A stretch of 64,000 nt of DNA. It comes from Anthoceros angustus (lineage: Eukaryota; Plantae; Anthocerotophyta). Both the position numbers and the translations under genes were made by a program. A model generated the notes under the pieces. That model was given only the letters and a program-made list of their open reading frames with translations. It had not been told where the DNA came from and ran no database searches. Position 1 is the first letter of the stretch; the number at the start of each line of letters is the position of its first letter. The stretch spans positions 482,376 through 546,375 of the forward strand of contig MU008193.1 in assembly GCA_010909165.1 (NCBI GenBank), written 5' to 3'. Below are positions 63,421 through 64,000 of the stretch, in pieces.

Positions 63421-64000
63421 GTTAACAATGTCTCTCCAGCCCTGGGTCCATTCGTGCGCAGGCGCAGAGCGGGCAGCCGTTTGCCCTGCCCGTCCGTCAA
63501 GAAACATCGTTCACATGAATAACGGCACCAAACCAAATTTCCAAATCCAGCAAATATGACAAATAATGTATGTACTTTCCACAAAGCTGTGGGGCCTGCG
63601 CCTACGGCCTGCCTAGCGGGCGGGCCCCGCGGCTCCGCCGGAGCCGGAGGCGGAGCCTGACCGGCCACCGACTACGCCGGACCTTCCCTGGACCCAAACC
63701 GTAGGCGTAGGCTATGTAAGCATGTTGTTGTCCAGCGACCCCAGTGCCAGCGGGGCAGCGTGGCACCACCCGAACCCGGACCCGAACCCGGTCCCTCGAA
63801 ACCCATCGTGGAATACCCTTTCTCTACCCTGTACAGTTCATACATACACTGTACCTATTTTTGTTGTGTAGGTACCGGCGGGTTGACCTGCTTGGCTGCT
63901 CCTTTCCCAATTCCCAATTCCCAATTCCCAACTCCCAACTCCCAATTCCCAACGCTAAATTATGAACGTGACCGTCCCGTGGAGCTATGAGTAGCGCCAT

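Overview
This is eukaryotic land-plant genomic DNA. It is gene-dense and GC-rich with short (about 60-130 bp) introns. Two XIP aquaporins, a DUF3455 protein and the compact layout point to a lycophyte such as Selaginella, which is an inference. Positions 1-15973 are a frameshifted minus-strand non-chromovirus Ty3/gypsy retrotransposon. Its complete 5' LTR appears to be about 8.4 kb (7591-15973), longer than the 5.5-kb internal region, and is built of nested repeats. Positions 16.9-36.3 kb hold dihydroorotase (with a 630-bp internal tandem duplication cut exactly at CAG|GT splice sites), thymidine kinase, PP2A B'', ENY2 (whose first exon resembles a BAG6-type ubiquitin-like exon), a dehydrin-like gene, an XIP and a short SYP5-type SNARE. 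Positions 36.6-47.3 kb are an accessory island. It contains an intronless AT-rich thymidine kinase copy joined in frame to an LTR-less copia pol fragment that is tandemly duplicated, the 3' end of a CRE-like restriction-like-endonuclease (RLE) non-LTR retrotransposon, and a solo LTR with a nested CACTA-like element. Positions 47.9-63 kb hold a second XIP, mitochondrial-type RPL23, two RNA methyltransferases, a histidine-phosphatase-family gene, NdhS, CPD photolyase and a secreted tandem-DUF3455 gene. All alignments were done by eye. Dense small indels confined to repeats may be assembly or polishing errors.
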